A stretch of 64,000 nucleotides of DNA from Chiloscyllium plagiosum (GCF_004010195.1 NC_057756.1:6614788-6678787), one strand, 5' to 3'. Counted from the stretch's first letter, positions 48,358 through 63,269 are shown. Numbers and translations: made by a program. The notes: generated by a model from the sequence alone, not told the origin.

Positions 48358-51300
48358 GTGAGAGTCACGTTTCTTCAGAAGCTTGCTGTAGAATTTCAGC
48401 TCATGAGTTCAATCAGAGTGGGCAGACACCATGTTAGAGAAACACGCCAAAATTTCAAAAAAGCGAGAATGTGCAATAAGATCTGGGTGTCCTTGTATAC
48501 CAGCCGCTGAGAGTAGGCATTGCAGCTACAGCAGGCAATGAGCAAGGCAAATGGTATGATAGCCTTCATAGCGAGAGGACTAGAGTGCAGGAGCATGGAT
48601 CTGGATTAGACTGGTGCTGGGAAAGCGCAGCAGGTCAGGCAGCATCCGAGGAGCAGGAAAATCAACCTTTCGGGCAAAAGCCCTTCATCAGAAATGAGGC
48701 AGGGAGCCTCCAGGGTGGAGAGATAAATGGGAGGGGGGGGTGGGGCTGGGAGAATGTAGCCAAGAGTACAATGGGTGGATGGAGGTGGGGGTGAAGGTGA
48801 TAGGCTGGAGAGGAGGGTGGAGCAGATAGTTGGGAAGGAAGATTGGCAGGTAGGACAGATCATGAGGATGGTGCTGAGTTGGCAGTTTGGAACTGGGGTA
48901 AACTGGGAGGGGGAGGGGAAATGAGGTGAGTCTGTTTCAGGACATGGTTGAAGAGCTGTAGGGCAGAGGAGATGACTTGGGGGTTGCAGTAATCCTTGTA
49001 GAGAGCAGAGCATAGCTTCTTCAAGGTAGGCATCCTTGCAAAAGCCTTGCTGCTATTGTACAGTACCTTTGTGAGATCACAGCTGGAATACTCTGTGCAG
49101 TTTTGTCTTGTTTATCTGAGGAAGACTGTTCTTGCTGGAGAGAGAGTGCAGCAAAGTAATAACAGGCTAATTCTTGGGATGGCAGGACTGATGTTTGAGG
49201 AGAGGTTGAATTGGTTAGGATTTTCATCGCTGGAGTTCAGAAGAATGAGGAAGGAGATATAAACAAATAAAATTGTAACAAGACCAGATATTGTAAAACT
49301 TGAAAGGGTTCAGAAAAGACTTACACGGATTTGCCAGGGTCGGAGGGTTTGAGCTACAGGGAGAGGCTGAATAGGTTGGGCTGCTCTCCCCGGAGCATCG
49401 GAGGCTGAGGGGTGACCTTATAGAGGTTTACAAAATCATAGGATAAATAGACAAGGTATTTTTCCTGGGGTGGGTGAGTCCAGAACGAGAGGGCATAGGT
49501 TTAGGGTGAGAGGGGAAAGATTTAAAAGGGACCTAAGGGGCAACTTTTTCACGCAGAGAGTGGTACGTGTATGGAATGAGCTGCCAGAAGAAGTGGTGGA
49601 GGCTGGTACAATTACAGCATTTGAAAGGCAGCTGGATGGATAGGAAGGGTTTGGAAGGATATGGGCCAAGTGCTGGCAAATGGGACGAGGTTAGGTTGGA
49701 TATCTGGTCGGCATGGACGGGTTGGGCTGAAGGGTCTGTTTTTGTGCTGTCCATCTCCATGACTCTAAGACGAGACAGGAAGGATGGTCCCAGTGACAGG
49801 GGAGTTCAGAACCAGGGGGCTGCTGTCCCATAACACGGGGTAAATAATTTTGGAGAAATCGCTTTACCCAGAGAGTGGTGAGCCTGTGGAATTCTCTATC
49901 ACAGAAAGCAGCCAACTATTACACAATTTTCAGGAGGAGTAGGATATAAGAGGTTAAGTGGATCAAAGGGTATAGGGAGAAAGTGGGAGCAGACCTTGGA
50001 GTTGGATGATTAGCAATGATCTTAATGAATAGCTCAAAGGGCCGAATGGCCTACTCCTGCTCCTCTTTTCTATGTTTCTATGAGTGTTTTACCAAATATT
50101 ATGTCAGTGCAAAGATATTGGAAAGAGTAATTTGCAGAGAAACCAGTCTATTCAATCTGACTGGGTCATGCTAACATTCATATTTCATCAGAATCTCTGC
50201 ACCATCTCATATACTTAGCCAAAATCTCTTCAACACATCTGGAGGCTGATACAGTTACAACATTTAAAAGGCCTCTGGTGGGTATATGAATAGGAAGGGT
50301 TTAGAGGGACTAGCGCTAGCAAATGGGACTAGATTAATTTAAGATATCTGGTTGGCATAGACAAGTTGGATCAAAGGGTCTGTTTCTGTGCTGTACATCT
50401 CTATGACTCTATGACTCTAAATCAGTGCTATTCTCGCCCCCAACCTCTCTGTTCTGCCACTGGTTTCGATCATGGAATTGTTGTGAAAGTAAATATTTAA
50501 GTAAGCATTTCACAAATTGTACTTTCCAACCCCCATTCCACCAGATCTCATCTGAAGTGTCAGCATAAATAAATCTTTATTTACATATTTAGGTAAAAAC
50601 AATGACTGCAGATGCTGGAAACCAGATTCTGGATTAGTGGTGCTGGAAGTTTGGAACTGGGGTGAGGTAGAAACTTCCAGCTCAGCACTCTCCCCATGAC
50701 TTGTCCTACTTGCTTATCTTCTTTTCCCCCTATCCACTCCACCCTCCTCCCTGACCTATCACCTCCATCCCCTCCCCCACTCACCTATTGTACTCTATGC
50801 TACTTTCTCCCCACCCCCGCCCTCCTCTCATTTATCTCTCCACCCTTCAGCCACTCTGCCTTTATTCCTGATGAAGGGCTTTTGCCCTAAACGTCGATTT
50901 TACTGCTTGCATATTTAGGGTCCACTCGCTTTCTTAATGCAAGCAAGGATATTGAGGCAGCAGTGCAAGCGGGCAGCATAGTAACTCAGTGGTTAGCGCT
51001 GCTGCCTCACAGCAGCAGAGACCCTGGTTCCCTTCCACCCTTGGGTGACAATCTGTGTGAAGATTGCATGTTCTGCCTCTAGTGTACGTGTGTGTGTGTG
51101 TTTCTGTCAGGTGCTGTGGTTTCTTCCCACAATCCAAACATGTGCACATTAAGTGGATTTGCCATGCTAAGTTACCCATTGTGTTCAGGGATGTGTGAAA
51201 TGTGCATGGGAAATGCAAGGTTACAGAGCTGGGGATGGGTCTGGGTGGGATGTTTTTTGAAGGGTCACTGTGGACCCATTGGGCCGAATGGCCTGTCTCC

Positions 51301-51974
51301 ACCCTGTAGAGATTCTATTTTTAAAAAGTGTGAAATAAATTCACAAGAATCATGCGAGGACTAGGGGCAATAGCCATTGGGGAGAATTAAACATTTCAGG
51401 CTTTTACCTCAGCAAAGAGAATCGCCTTCTTATAGAAATCTTTGAAATGATTAGAAAATTTGAGTCTAACACTAGAGAGTATAAATTAACCAAGAATTAA
51501 TTCAGGAGAGAATTCAAGAGAAATGTCTGTCGGGAGAGTGGTGTAACAAGGAACATAGTACCAATGAAGAGTAATTAAGATGATTAGGATATAAATGGAT
51601 GCATTTAAGGCGAGTTTACATAAGTACATGATGAGGACTGTGATGGAAAGTAATGATGATGCGGTTTGATGCTATAGGCTTGGCAGAGACAACTGTGCAT
51701 CATAAACAGGGCCCTAGGCAATTTCGTATGCAGTTAGTTCTATGCAATATGTAATTAGAGAGTACTTAGTTTTAACTATCAACTATAAATTGTTGACACT
51801 GAGCAATTTAATAATACAGTGAATATATGAATCAATTTTAAATTAAGTTAGTGGTTTTCTGGTTGTTTGAGAACTAATTTCAGGGGAAGGTGCTGCTCAG
51901 AATGTAACACAGATACCAGCAGCTTCCAACCAAAGGCAACAACTCTTTCCTTTACATCCATCTGCCGATTGCTC

Positions 51975-52750
51975 CACAAACTCACGTTCACACTCACACG
52001 GACATACACACACACATTCTCACACTTGCACATTCACACACAGACACAGACACACATACATGCGCACACACATACGCGCACACGGAGTCTCTCTCTCTCT
52101 CATTCTCACATACACATACACATACACACACACAGAGCACCACTCTCTCCCTCACATACTCATTGCCACACAGACAAACACACACTGTCAACACGCAAAT
52201 GCATTGACACCTCTTGCACACACACACGCAAGCACACTCTCATTTACACACACTCATGCTTGCGCATGCACACACACGCTAATACATGCAAACACACACA
52301 CCTACTCACATGAGTACTCACACGCATTCTCTTTGCCACCCATGCTCATACTGACAAACGTACAGCCATGCACACACATACAAACTCACACTGACACACA
52401 CACACAGTCATGTGTGCGCACACACACATACACACACATAGATCCACAAATTCACACTGACATACACACAACCATTTGCACACACACAGACCCACAAACC
52501 CACACTGACACACTCACACTGATGCACACATACACAGACATTTACACTAACACACAAATAGGCACACACACTCACATATACGCACTATACCAATGCTCAC
52601 AAACACAGACACACGTACAGATACCTACAAATGCATGCAGACACATGCACATAAGCGTACAATCACACACATACACAAAACACACACACACAGACACAAA
52701 CTGGTGCACACACACACACACATATGCGAATGCATAAACACACACATGCA
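51975..52750. repeat. Degenerate (CA)n low-complexity tract
   Basis: About 780 bp of CA-rich sequence, which explains the His/Thr-rich ORFs. Confidence 0.95.
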
Positions 52751-52966
52751 TTCATTCATTAAATAATGAGTAATCAATTGTGTCTATTTCAGTTGTTAAA
52801 TCTTTAAAGCTACAGTAGATGTAAGTATGGATAATATTTTGTCAGCAATAGTTCCTTTGTTAAACTCTGTCATAAAATTAAATTTGTGGACAATTGCCTT
52901 TCATGTGAGCAACACGTATTATCAGACAATAAATGCTGCAAAAGATGCATTTTCTTTCTCCAATAG

Positions 52967-53041
52967 GTATTTATTCTATTTTTGGGTGTCGTGCTGTAAC
53001 CGAAAAGCTTCGGACAACATCACTGACAGTGGGGAAAGCGG
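52967..53041 (+). CDS. Putative CC-repeat exon B (xYLFYFWVSCCNRKASDNITDSGES)
   Basis: Strong acceptor ttttctttctccaatag, donor gg|gtaaga, 75 nt, phase 2-2. Confidence 0.68.
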
Positions 53042-54409
53042 GTAAGAGGTCCTTTCTCTTTGGGAGAAGGCTATTCTGCTTGTGAAATTAGAATTAGTTC
53101 ACAGGATGAGCCGAATATCTAGACAAAAATGTTACTCCCTCCCAGGTCACCATGATACTGACAAGCCATCTGAAGCCCAGAGTGGACCCAGTGAGATTTT
53201 CTGCCAGGCAAATGTTTTACTGCATGGGTTTGAGCGTCTTGGTTAAAAAAACGCCAGGTGCTCTGAGGGGATGAAAACATTGTAGACACTTGTCCCACTA
53301 TAGGCAGTGGCTGTCTCTTTCCCTGTTCTGATACCATTAAAGGGGCAATTTAAATTTTATTCTGTTGTTCCAGCTGTAAGATACAATGGTGTCCGATCAC
53401 TGCAAATTTAGTTTGGGCATAAAACATATGGGCCTTTGTTTGATCAGAGCCTCATCATTCCAATTGTAGATTTTGATAGTTCAGAAGGAGGCCATTCATC
53501 CGATTGTGTCTGTTCCACTCTGGAAAGAGCTACCTAATGAGTGCCATTCTCCATAGCCCGCTAAATTCACCACTGTCAAATATGTGCCCACTCTCTTCCT
53601 ATGGAATCCACCTTCGCCACTCTCCCAGACAGCGCATTCCAAATCCTAACAACTCTCTGAGCAAAAACATTTAGACAGGTAGATGGATAGGAAAGGTTTA
53701 GAGGGATATGGGCCAACTGCAAGCAAATGGGACCAGTTCAGTTTGGGATTGCTGCTCGGCATGGATGGGTTGGACCGAAGGGTCTGTTTCTGTGCTGTAT
53801 GACTCTATCACTCTGAGTTTCTCCTCACCTCACTCCGAGCTCTCTCGCTGACAATCTTGAAATTGCAACCCCTACATACCGACTAATGGGAACAGAATAT
53901 CCTACTTTACCCTGTTGAAATAATTTTGAACACCTCAGTAAGAGTACCCCACCCATTACTAGAGGTCAAAGTTTCATTTGGGGAGAAATTGCACATGTTT
54001 ATCTAATTTTTGGTTGCTGAAGTCATTACTGTGCTGTTCAAACACTCCAAGTCTTTTTGTTTCAATACATCTATTTCAACCCTCCCTCTGCCTCTACAAA
54101 ACCACACTTCCTTTGTACTCTTACTTCCTGCCAACTTGTTCCCACTGTCATGTCACTTTTCTCACGATTTCTCTAATTGTAGTTTGTTTTCAGATGCAAT
54201 CTTCTGCCTCTGTCACTATCCATCCCAGTTGCTCAGTTTGAAATTTGTTTTCTAATCCTTATCTGGCTTCCTTTATACGAATTACATGACTGCTGTACAG
54301 AATATATTTACCTGCACCCCAACATTTCAATTAATTGATTGCGAGAGAATCTAGGACCAGAGGGCACAGTCTCTGAAGAAGGGGTCGCACATTTCAGATG
54401 AGTTGAGTT

Positions 54410-55210
54410 GATTTGATTTATTATTGTCACGTGTGCAGTGAAAAGTGTTGTTTTGCATGCTGTCTAGGCAGATTGTACAACGCAAAGCGCATCAGGGTAA
54501 CAGAACAGAGTGCAGAATACAGTGTTAAAGCTACAGAGAAGATGCAGAGAGAGAGAGAGGGGTCAGAATTAACATTTGAGATGTCCATTCAAACGTTTGA
54601 TTACAACGGGGATCAAGCTGTTCTTGAATCTGTTTGTACGCGTACACAAGCTTTTCTATCTTCTGCCCGACAGAAGAGGATGGAACAGAGTAAAACCTGG
54701 GGGAAGGGTCTTTGATTGTGTTGGTTGCTTCCTGAGACAGCAGGATGTATAGATGGAGTCAGTGGATAGGAGGCTGGTTTGCATGATCACAAACTCTCTG
54801 TAGTTTCTTGCAGTCTTGGGAAGAATGGATGCCACACCACACCGTGATGCATCAGAGAGGATGCTTTCTGTGGTGCATCCATAAAGGTTCGTCCAGAATC
54901 TTTATGGACCTGCTGAATTTCTTTAGCTCCTGAGGGAGTAGAGGCATTAATGTGCTTCCTTGACCATCGTGTCAGTATGGGTGAACCAGGACAATCGTTG
55001 GTGATCATCAGTCTCAGGAACCTGACACTCTCGACTATCTCCACCTTGGCACCATTGATCCAGAAAGGGTACGCTTTCCTACTCTGGTTCCTGAAGTCAA
55101 TGACCAGCTCCTTCATTTTGCTGACATTGATGGATGGATTGTTGTCTTTACACCATGCTGTTAAGCCTCCATCTCTTTCTTGTACTCTGTCTCCTCATTG
55201 TCTGACATCT
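54410..55210 (-). mobile_element. Rex1/L2-group non-LTR 3' fragment
   Basis: KELVIDFR.......INGAKVEIVESVRFL is typical of the post-RT region of these LINEs; degenerate. Confidence 0.7.
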
Positions 55211-55789
55211 GGCGTTACAGTGGTGTTTCTCCTCTCAGAAAGAAGTGCAATTCTTTACCATATCGGGCTAACAAGGCTGAGTCATTAAGTATATTCAAGG
55301 CTGAAATAGACAGATTATTAATCATTAAGTGGAATCAAGGGTTATGGGGAAATTGCAGGAAAGTGGAGTTGAGGGTTATCAGATCGATCATGATATCATT
55401 GAATGGCAGAGCGGACGCAATGGGCTGAATGGCCTTATTCTGTTCCTATGTTTTATGCATCATGTTTCCTTGTTTATCTTGTGTCTGCATAAAGTAAGAA
55501 ATTGTCTGGGGCAAAAGTGGCGGTATCAGGCAGCATGCAATGAATGATTGTCACATTCCACAATACTCAGATGTGATTATTAGCAGATGTGGAGGTGCCG
55601 ATGTTGGACTGAGGTGGTCAAAGTTAAAAATCACACAACACCAGGTTATAGCCCAATAGGTTTCGGGAATGCAATTTGAAAGAAATTATTTGCAGAAGCA
55701 CAGAGCATTTTAAGGTACGAATGAAGACCTTTTGTGCTCAGTCTGTCAAAGATGAGGAATAACAAGATGTATGTTCCTCTATTTAACAG

Positions 55790-55870
55790 CAATCTTGCAG
55801 GCACTTGGATGGCATGTTGTTCCGCAAGACTGAAAAAGGAGTGTGACTCACCTTGCATTGAGGAACCCAG
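55790..55870 (+). CDS. Putative CC-repeat exon C (xNLAGTWMACCSARLKKECDSPCIEEP)
   Basis: Acceptor ttcctctatttaacag, donor ag|gtaaaa, 81 nt, phase 2-2, CC at codons 9-10. Confidence 0.65.
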
Positions 55871-57869
55871 GTAAAACCTACTTAAACAGCAATAAACTTT
55901 GAACCTGTCGGTGTGTATGCAGAGATTACGAAATGACATATTCAGAATTCTGAATGTTGCAGCCCGCCATTCCATTTGGAACATCTGCAATGTTTTCACC
56001 CATTCACATAAATGCATTTGGAGAATACAAGCTAAATGGGAGTCTCAAAGAAAAATGTAAAGCATTCAGCAGCTCATGCAGCTCCTTGTTAAGGTAATTG
56101 ACAAATCTGAGTGCTACTGCACAGTCATCAACTGAAGCGTTAAACATTGTTTTAGTTTCCACGGTTGCTGTGTTGAGTTTGGAGTATCTTCTACTTTTGA
56201 TTCCATCTTTATAAAGCATTTCAACAATTCCCATGCTTTTGCATCACTCACCATTTGTGAACTGCACATTGTACTGAGTGGAGCTTTCAATCATTTTGAG
56301 AGATTTATCAAACTATAGTTTGGCGAACTTAATTGGAGCCTTTCTTGATGACATTCTTTCCTGTTGAGCCAAATCCACACTTGCCTATGCATTTCCAAGA
56401 GTGTTTATATATTATTTTTATTTTTTTGTGTCAAGCGTACTCCAGTACAAAAGTACAGTGAAAGGTTTTCCGTGTCACCACAGACAGCACTATGTTAGTG
56501 TTACAACACAGGAGAAACTCTCCTGCTTAGTGTAACCAGCAACACAGAAAAGATTTATCCCATGCAGTAATCTGTGGAAATTCGAGAGTTCAAGAACTAT
56601 TTAAAGTAAAAATTAACAACTTTATTTCTTGAAGTATAACAGAGAGTAATTAAATAACGACAATATACAATTTCATCCTCTAACCTATCTTTTACTTTCT
56701 CCTCGATAATACTAATCTGATAAAACCCCCAATTAAGTTTTGCAAAACAAAACTTCTTTTCTCAAAATCAGGCAGCTTTCAGTTTTCTCTGAATTCCTGT
56801 CTTCATTTCTTCTTCTTGGGGATTCAGTTTCACAGGTTACTGATCAATAAAGGTACCTTTTAAGAGAGCTATTTTTCAGGCAGTCATTTTACATGCTAGT
56901 GACTTGGCAGTTCTCATCTCAACTGTTCAATTTTCCCCAGTCTTAGACTCCCAAAGCATCGGATTGTGTCATTGGCTTTTAAGATTGTCAATATACTAAA
57001 TTCCAACTGGATTGGAGTTTGATATTTTTTGGGGTATAATTTAAACTGATTGGCCTAATTCGAGTCTGTTTTGTCGTTTCCAGGCAACCAGCTACCCCAG
57101 TAGCTGGAGCCCATGTTCTTTTTTCAGAACCCTTAGTGCTGTCAGGTAGCTTTTGCGAGCTTTTAACTCTCTTAAAGGTACAGTACACTCACGCCTTCAT
57201 AACATTTGGTACAAGTACCTCGGTACAAAAACTCAAGGTAGAAAGAAACAGGAACAAGCTTAAAAGTTTAACATTACAGTCATTCTTAGTTTTAAGTTGA
57301 AAAATAAAGAAATAAAGTCCAAAGTTCCAACATTGCAGGCTTTCTTAAGTGCTTAGCTTGATTGGGATGGCAGATTTCAAGTGGGAAATTAATACTGGGG
57401 ACTTGGACCTGAGCATTTCATTCATTTTGTAAAAAGCTTTGAGGACACTCTACCAGTGAATAATCAGCAGTCACCTCCACGTCTGTTCCCAATCGGGTTG
57501 CTGGACCTGGACAAATGCATTTGCCATTTTCTGTTTGTATACAAATAGCCTTGACAAGTTACAATTTCCAGACTGCCCCTGCCATGATAATTGGCTTCAT
57601 TCGTCTGAATACTGAACATGTTTATTTCCTTCACCTCGAATCACAGAAAGAGGCCAAATGGCCCATCGTGTCTGTACTGGCTCCTGAGAGAGTTACCCAG
57701 ACAGTCCCATTCCCCATCCCTACCTCCGTGTCCTTCCAAATCCATCACTTTCCATCAGTTCTCTGAACACATGCCAGAGCGAATGTTGTAACACTGTAAG
57801 TTTATCCACCTTCAAGTAGTGTATAAGTCGAGAACAAGGACTGTGCACTGACCATCTATTCCCACGCAG

Positions 57870-57950
57870 GACCCTGAGTGGCCTTTCCCTGTCTTGCTGC
57901 AGCAGTGTGATAGGAGAGAAGAATGAATTCCAGGATGAAACGAAAACTGA
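57870..57950 (+). CDS. Putative CC-repeat exon D (xTLSGLSLSCCSSVIGEKNEFQDETKT)
   Basis: Acceptor tctattcccacgcag, donor ga|gtaagt, 81 nt, phase 2-2, CC at codons 9-10. Confidence 0.7.
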
Positions 57951-60900
57951 GTAAGTTTTAACATTGGCGCAAAAATGTGTCATTTGATTCAGTGTGAACT
58001 GTCAAAAATACACTTAATACTAAATCGTTTGCTGTCACCTCACTGTAGAAAGATTTTTTTTCCTGTTTGATGTCATTTTTATTCATTCGAAGGCTAGCTG
58101 TGACTGATTTTATTGCACATTCCTAATTGCCCTGAAAGACCTGGTGCTAAATGGTCTTGCTCTGGTGCAATCTAATAGATGTTCAAAGCAGGGACAAGAG
58201 TGGGGTCCCAGTTTTCACACCCAGAGCCAGTAAAGGAACAACTATATAGTCCTGATTCAGCTAGTATGTGGTTTGGAGGGGATCAGATGGTGGTGTTCCA
58301 ATGTATCTGCTGCCTTTAGCTTTCTAGACAGTAGTGGCTGCTGATTTGGAAAGTCTTTGAAGGTCTGTGCCTCACAAATCTTCCCTAATGTCAATTACTT
58401 CGACCTGACCTGCCCCTATGTTTCTTTAAAATCTTAGAATCCCTATAGCGCAGAAGCCATTCAGCCCATTCATTTTGCACTGACCTTCTGAAGAGCATCA
58501 TGCCCAGACTCATCACCCCATCTCTGTAACCCTGTATTAATCATGGTTAACCCATCCCTGTGCACTATGGGAGAGTTTAGCATGGCCAATCCACCCTAAC
58601 CTGCACATCCCTGGACACTATGGGACAATTTAGCATGGCCAATCCATCCTAACCTGCACATCCCTGGACACTATGGGACAATTTAGCATGGCCAATCCAC
58701 CCTAACCTGCACATCCCTGGGCACTATGGGACAATTTAGCTTGGCCAATCCACCCTAACCTCCTGTGGGCAGCACGGTGGCACAGTGGTAAGCACTGCTG
58801 CCTCACAGCGCCAGAGATCCGGGTTCAATTCCCGCCTCAGGCGACTCTCTGTGTGGAGTTTGCACATTCTCCCTGTGTCTGCGTGGGTTTCCTCCGGGTG
58901 CTCCGGTTTCCTCCCACAGTTCAAAAATGTGCAGGTTAGGTGAATTGGCCAGACTAAACTTGCCCTTGGTGTTCGGTGAAGGGGTAAATGTAGGGGAATG
59001 GGTCTGGATGGGTTGCGCTTCGGCGGGTTGGTGTTGACTTGTTGGGCCGAAGGGCCTGTTTCCACACTGTAAATAATCTAATCTAATCTTTGGACTGTGG
59101 GAGGAAACTGGAGCACCCAGAGGAGACCCACGCAGACACAGGGACAACGTCCAAACTCCACACAGACAATGGAAACAGGTTCACTATTCATAGAATTATC
59201 ATCAAATCCTTACTGTGTGGAAGCAGGCCATTCAGCCGATCAGGTCTGCCCCAACCCTCCAAAGAGCATCTCACCCACTCCCAGACCCACCCCACTGCCC
59301 TTTCCTTGTAACCCTGCATTTCCCACTGCTAACCCACCAAGCCTGCATATCCCTGGGCACTATGGGACAATTTAGCATGGTCAATCCACCCTAACCTGCA
59401 CATCCCTGGACACTATGGGACAATTTAGCATGGCCAATCCGTCCTAACCTGCACATCCCTGGGGGCACTATGGGCCAACTTAGCATGGCTAATCTACCCA
59501 ACCCTAGACACAGGGAGAATGTACAAACTCCCACACACAGTCACCTGAGGGTGGAACCAAACCTGAGTCCCTGGTGCTGTGAGGCAGCAGTGCTAACCAG
59601 TCAGCCAATATGGCACCCTTTCATGTCGGCACAAAAGGTACTATTGTGTCAGCTTTTAACCATTCCATGTCTCAGTGATTTCCATATTCATATCAGCATA
59701 TGTAAAACAATTTCCTCTAAATTCTGTCTTGATCTGTTACAGACCACTTTACTTTCATGGGCCCTCATTCTCCACTTTCCCAGAATCAAGAACACTTTCT
59801 CTACACCTACCCTATCCATGCCCTTCATAATTTGAAGATTTAGATGAGCCACCACTTCAAGAAAGCATATTAACCCAGGCAGCTTCATCTTTCATCACAG
59901 ATGTCAGTTCCCAGTTCTGGCATCTTCATTACCACCTCATTTTTGCAGCTTTTCCAGGGAACAATATTTGATTTGCAAAGTGGAGAGCAGACCTAGGTGC
60001 AGTACTCCAAGTCTGGCCTAACCCAGGTGCCAAGTCATAGAGCGATACTGCACAAAACATGCCCTTCTGCCCAACTCGCTCGTGCAGACCAGGTTTCCTG
60101 AACTGAACTAGTCCCATTTGGCTGTGTTGTAGGGGGTGTTGTCGAACCGAGAGGAGGCACATAGTTCCTTGAAGGTGGAGTCGCAGGTAGACAGGCTGGT
60201 GATGAAGGCTTTCGGCACACTTGCCTTCATCAGTCAGAGCACTGAGTACAGGAGTTGGAACATCATGTTGCACCTGCACGAGACAGTGCTGAGGCTACAT
60301 TTGGAATAATTGGCTCTGATATAACGTGATAGAACATAGAAAAGTACAGCGCAGAAAAGGCCCTTAGGCCCATGACGTTGTGCCGAGAGTTAATCCTAAT
60401 GCAAAACATAGCAACTTGACCTACACACCCCTCAACTCACTGCTATCCATGTGGATGTCCAGCAGTTGCTTAAATGTTCCCAAGGACTCTGCTTCCACCA
60501 CCACGGCTGGCAATGCATTCCATGCATTCACAACTCTCTGCGTAAAGAACCTTCCTCTGACTTCTCCTTTGTACCTTCCTCCTAATATCTTCAAACTATG
60601 ACTCCTCGTACCAGTCAATCCTGCCCTGGGGAAAAGTCTCTGGCTATTGACTGTATCTATTCCTCTCATAATTTTGTACACCTCGATCAGTTCTCCTCTC
60701 TTCCTCCTTCTCTCCAGAGAGAAAAGTCCAAGCTTATTCAACCTTTCTTCATACGGCAAGCCCTCCAGTCCAGGCAGCATCCTGGTAAACCTTCTTTGCA
60801 CCCTCTCCAAAGCCTCTGTACCTTTCCGATAGTAGGACGACCAGAACTGGACACAATATTCCAAGTGTGGTCTCACCAGGGACTTGTAGAGCTGCAGCAA

Positions 60901-63269
60901 AACCTTGAGGCTGTTAAACTCGATCCCCCTGTTAATGAAAGTCAAAACACCATATGCTTTCTTAACAACACTCTTGTGCGATCTCGTGTTGTAAGAAAAT
61001 TAATGGGACTGGAATCGCGTTATAGCCAACACAGTTCGTGTTCTACAAATAATGGTCTAAATTCTTCAATTGCCATAAATCTAATTGTGCTGAAGAAACA
61101 TGGGTTATAGCAGAACTTGTACTGTGCATCATTCTAATCGCCCTGTTGTAGGAAGGATATTATTAAACTGGAAAGGGTGCGATAAAGGTTTTGGCCCACA
61201 AATCTTTATACTTTTCCTAACCAGGCATACCTATCCAAATGTCTTTTAAATTTTGTAATTGTACCATCATCTACCACTCCTTTCAGCAGCTCGTTCCATG
61301 TAGGCATCACCCTGTGAGTGAAAAGTTTGCCCCTCAGGTCCCTTTTAAATATTTCCCCTCTCACCTTAAACTGCTATCCTCTAGTTTTAGACTCCCTGAC
61401 CCTTGGAAAAGCACTTTGGCTATTCAACTTAGCGGTACCCCTCGCGATTTTATAAATGTCTATTAGGTCACCCCTCAGCCTCTTACATTCCAGGGAAAAA
61501 AAGGTCTCAGCTTTTCCAGCCTCTCCTTTTAACTCAAACCCTCTGCCATTCGAGTGTAATGTAAATTCTCAGCAGCTCTACTCCATTAGAAATGAACCCC
61601 CATTGCATTGTATTTTGTTAATAATCAAACACCCAGTGTGATTTAATTTGAAAATTTCAACCACATCCCTTCCATGCACAGTCCAAGTCATTTAAATATA
61701 AGCTAAACCAATGTGGGATCCTAGCTTGATATTGAGCTGCCAGAGAAAGTGGTAGAGATGGGTACAATTACAGCATTTAAAGGATATTTGGACAGGCACA
61801 TGGATAGTTAAGGTTTAGAGGGATATGGGCTAAATGTCAGCAAATGGGACGAGTTCAGGTTAGGAAACCTGGTCTGCATGGACCATTTGGGCCAAATGGC
61901 CTATTTTTTACGCTGTATGACTCTGTGACTGACCTGACTGAATCTGTGCGTCTATCTCACCTTAAACTGATCTCCCCAGTTCCTCATTGAAGTGCAAGCT
62001 TAGATCATGAGCGAGAGTGCTAAAATGGAGTTGAACTTGAAATCTCATTCGACCAAGGGGACACTATATTACACTGGATTCACTGTCCACCATAGATAGT
62101 CCATGAATTTACAAGGATGTTGATGGGGTTGAATGGATTTGAGGGATGGGAGAGACTGAATAGGCGAAGATCACTTTCCCTGGAGTGTCGGAGGCTGGGA
62201 TTTATAACATCATGAGGGGTGAATGGACATGGTCTTTTTTTCCCCAGGGTATAGGAGTCCAAACTATGAGAGGTGAGAGAGGAAAGAATTAAAAGGGACC
62301 TGAGGGGGCACTTTTTCATGCAGAGGGTGGTACATGTGGGCGGCACGGTGGCACAGTGGTTAGCACTGCTGCGTGCTCCGGTTTCCTCCCACAGTCCAAA
62401 GATGTGCAGGTTAGGTGAATTGGCCATACTAAATTGCCCGTAGTGTTAGGTAAGGGGTAAATGTAGGGGTATGGGTGGGTTTCGCTTCGGCGGGTCGGTG
62501 TGGATTTGTTGGGCCGAAGGGCCTGTTTCCACACTGTAATCTAATCTATGTATGGAATGAGCTGCCAGAGAAAGTGGTGGAGACTGTTACAATTACAGCA
62601 TTTAAAAGATCTGGATGGGGAGATGAACAGGAAGGGTTTAGAGGGATATGGCCGGTGCTGGCAAATGTGACTAGGTCAGATTGGGACGTCTGGTCGGTGT
62701 GGACAAATTGGACCGAAGGGTCTGCATCTGTGCTGTACATCTCTCTGAGCGCATGACTGTCCTGTTTTGAATAGGAATGTAAAATTTATCGTCTTCCAGT
62801 CCTCTGTTGCCGTCACGTTATACAGAAAGGTTGAAGAATTCTGATCATCATTAGTTTGTTTGTTAACTTCTGGTGCACGTCAGCCAGTTAGGAATGACAT
62901 CTGACCCACCAGCACTGCTAACCTTTATTTTTATCCTATCCACTGTCTCTACCACCTCATCCTTTACAGTAACGGTAACCACATTCTCCTCTTTCATGAA
63001 GGCAACAAAAGCACTCACTTAGAACCTCAGCCATTCCTTCTTTGTCTCCAAGAAGATTCACATTGCTTGCTAATTTGTAAATCCTTTCCTGAGCATTTTT
63101 GTACCTTCACTTTACACTACGGTGGCTCAGTGGTTAGCACTGCTACTTCACAGCACCAGGAACTCAGGTTCGATCCCGCCCTTGAGCGACTATCTGCGTG
63201 AAGTTTGCACATTCTCCCCGTGTATACGTGGGTTTCCTACGGGTGCTCCGGTTTCCTTCCACTGTTCAA

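Noticed and set aside
51884..51935. Possible additional CC exon (xGRCCSECNTDTSSFQPK) after tttcag, phase 2
   Set aside because: Weak pyrimidine tract, CC in a different position, and no phase-2 GT donor nearby. Worth rechecking with RNA-seq.
51867..52737. His/Thr-rich ORFs up to 225 aa
   Set aside because: Translation of a degenerate CA microsatellite.
60969..61025. AISCCKKINGTG next to a LINE end, possibly a disrupted CC exon
   Set aside because: No acceptor, only a poor donor, and a nearby stop. Could be chance.
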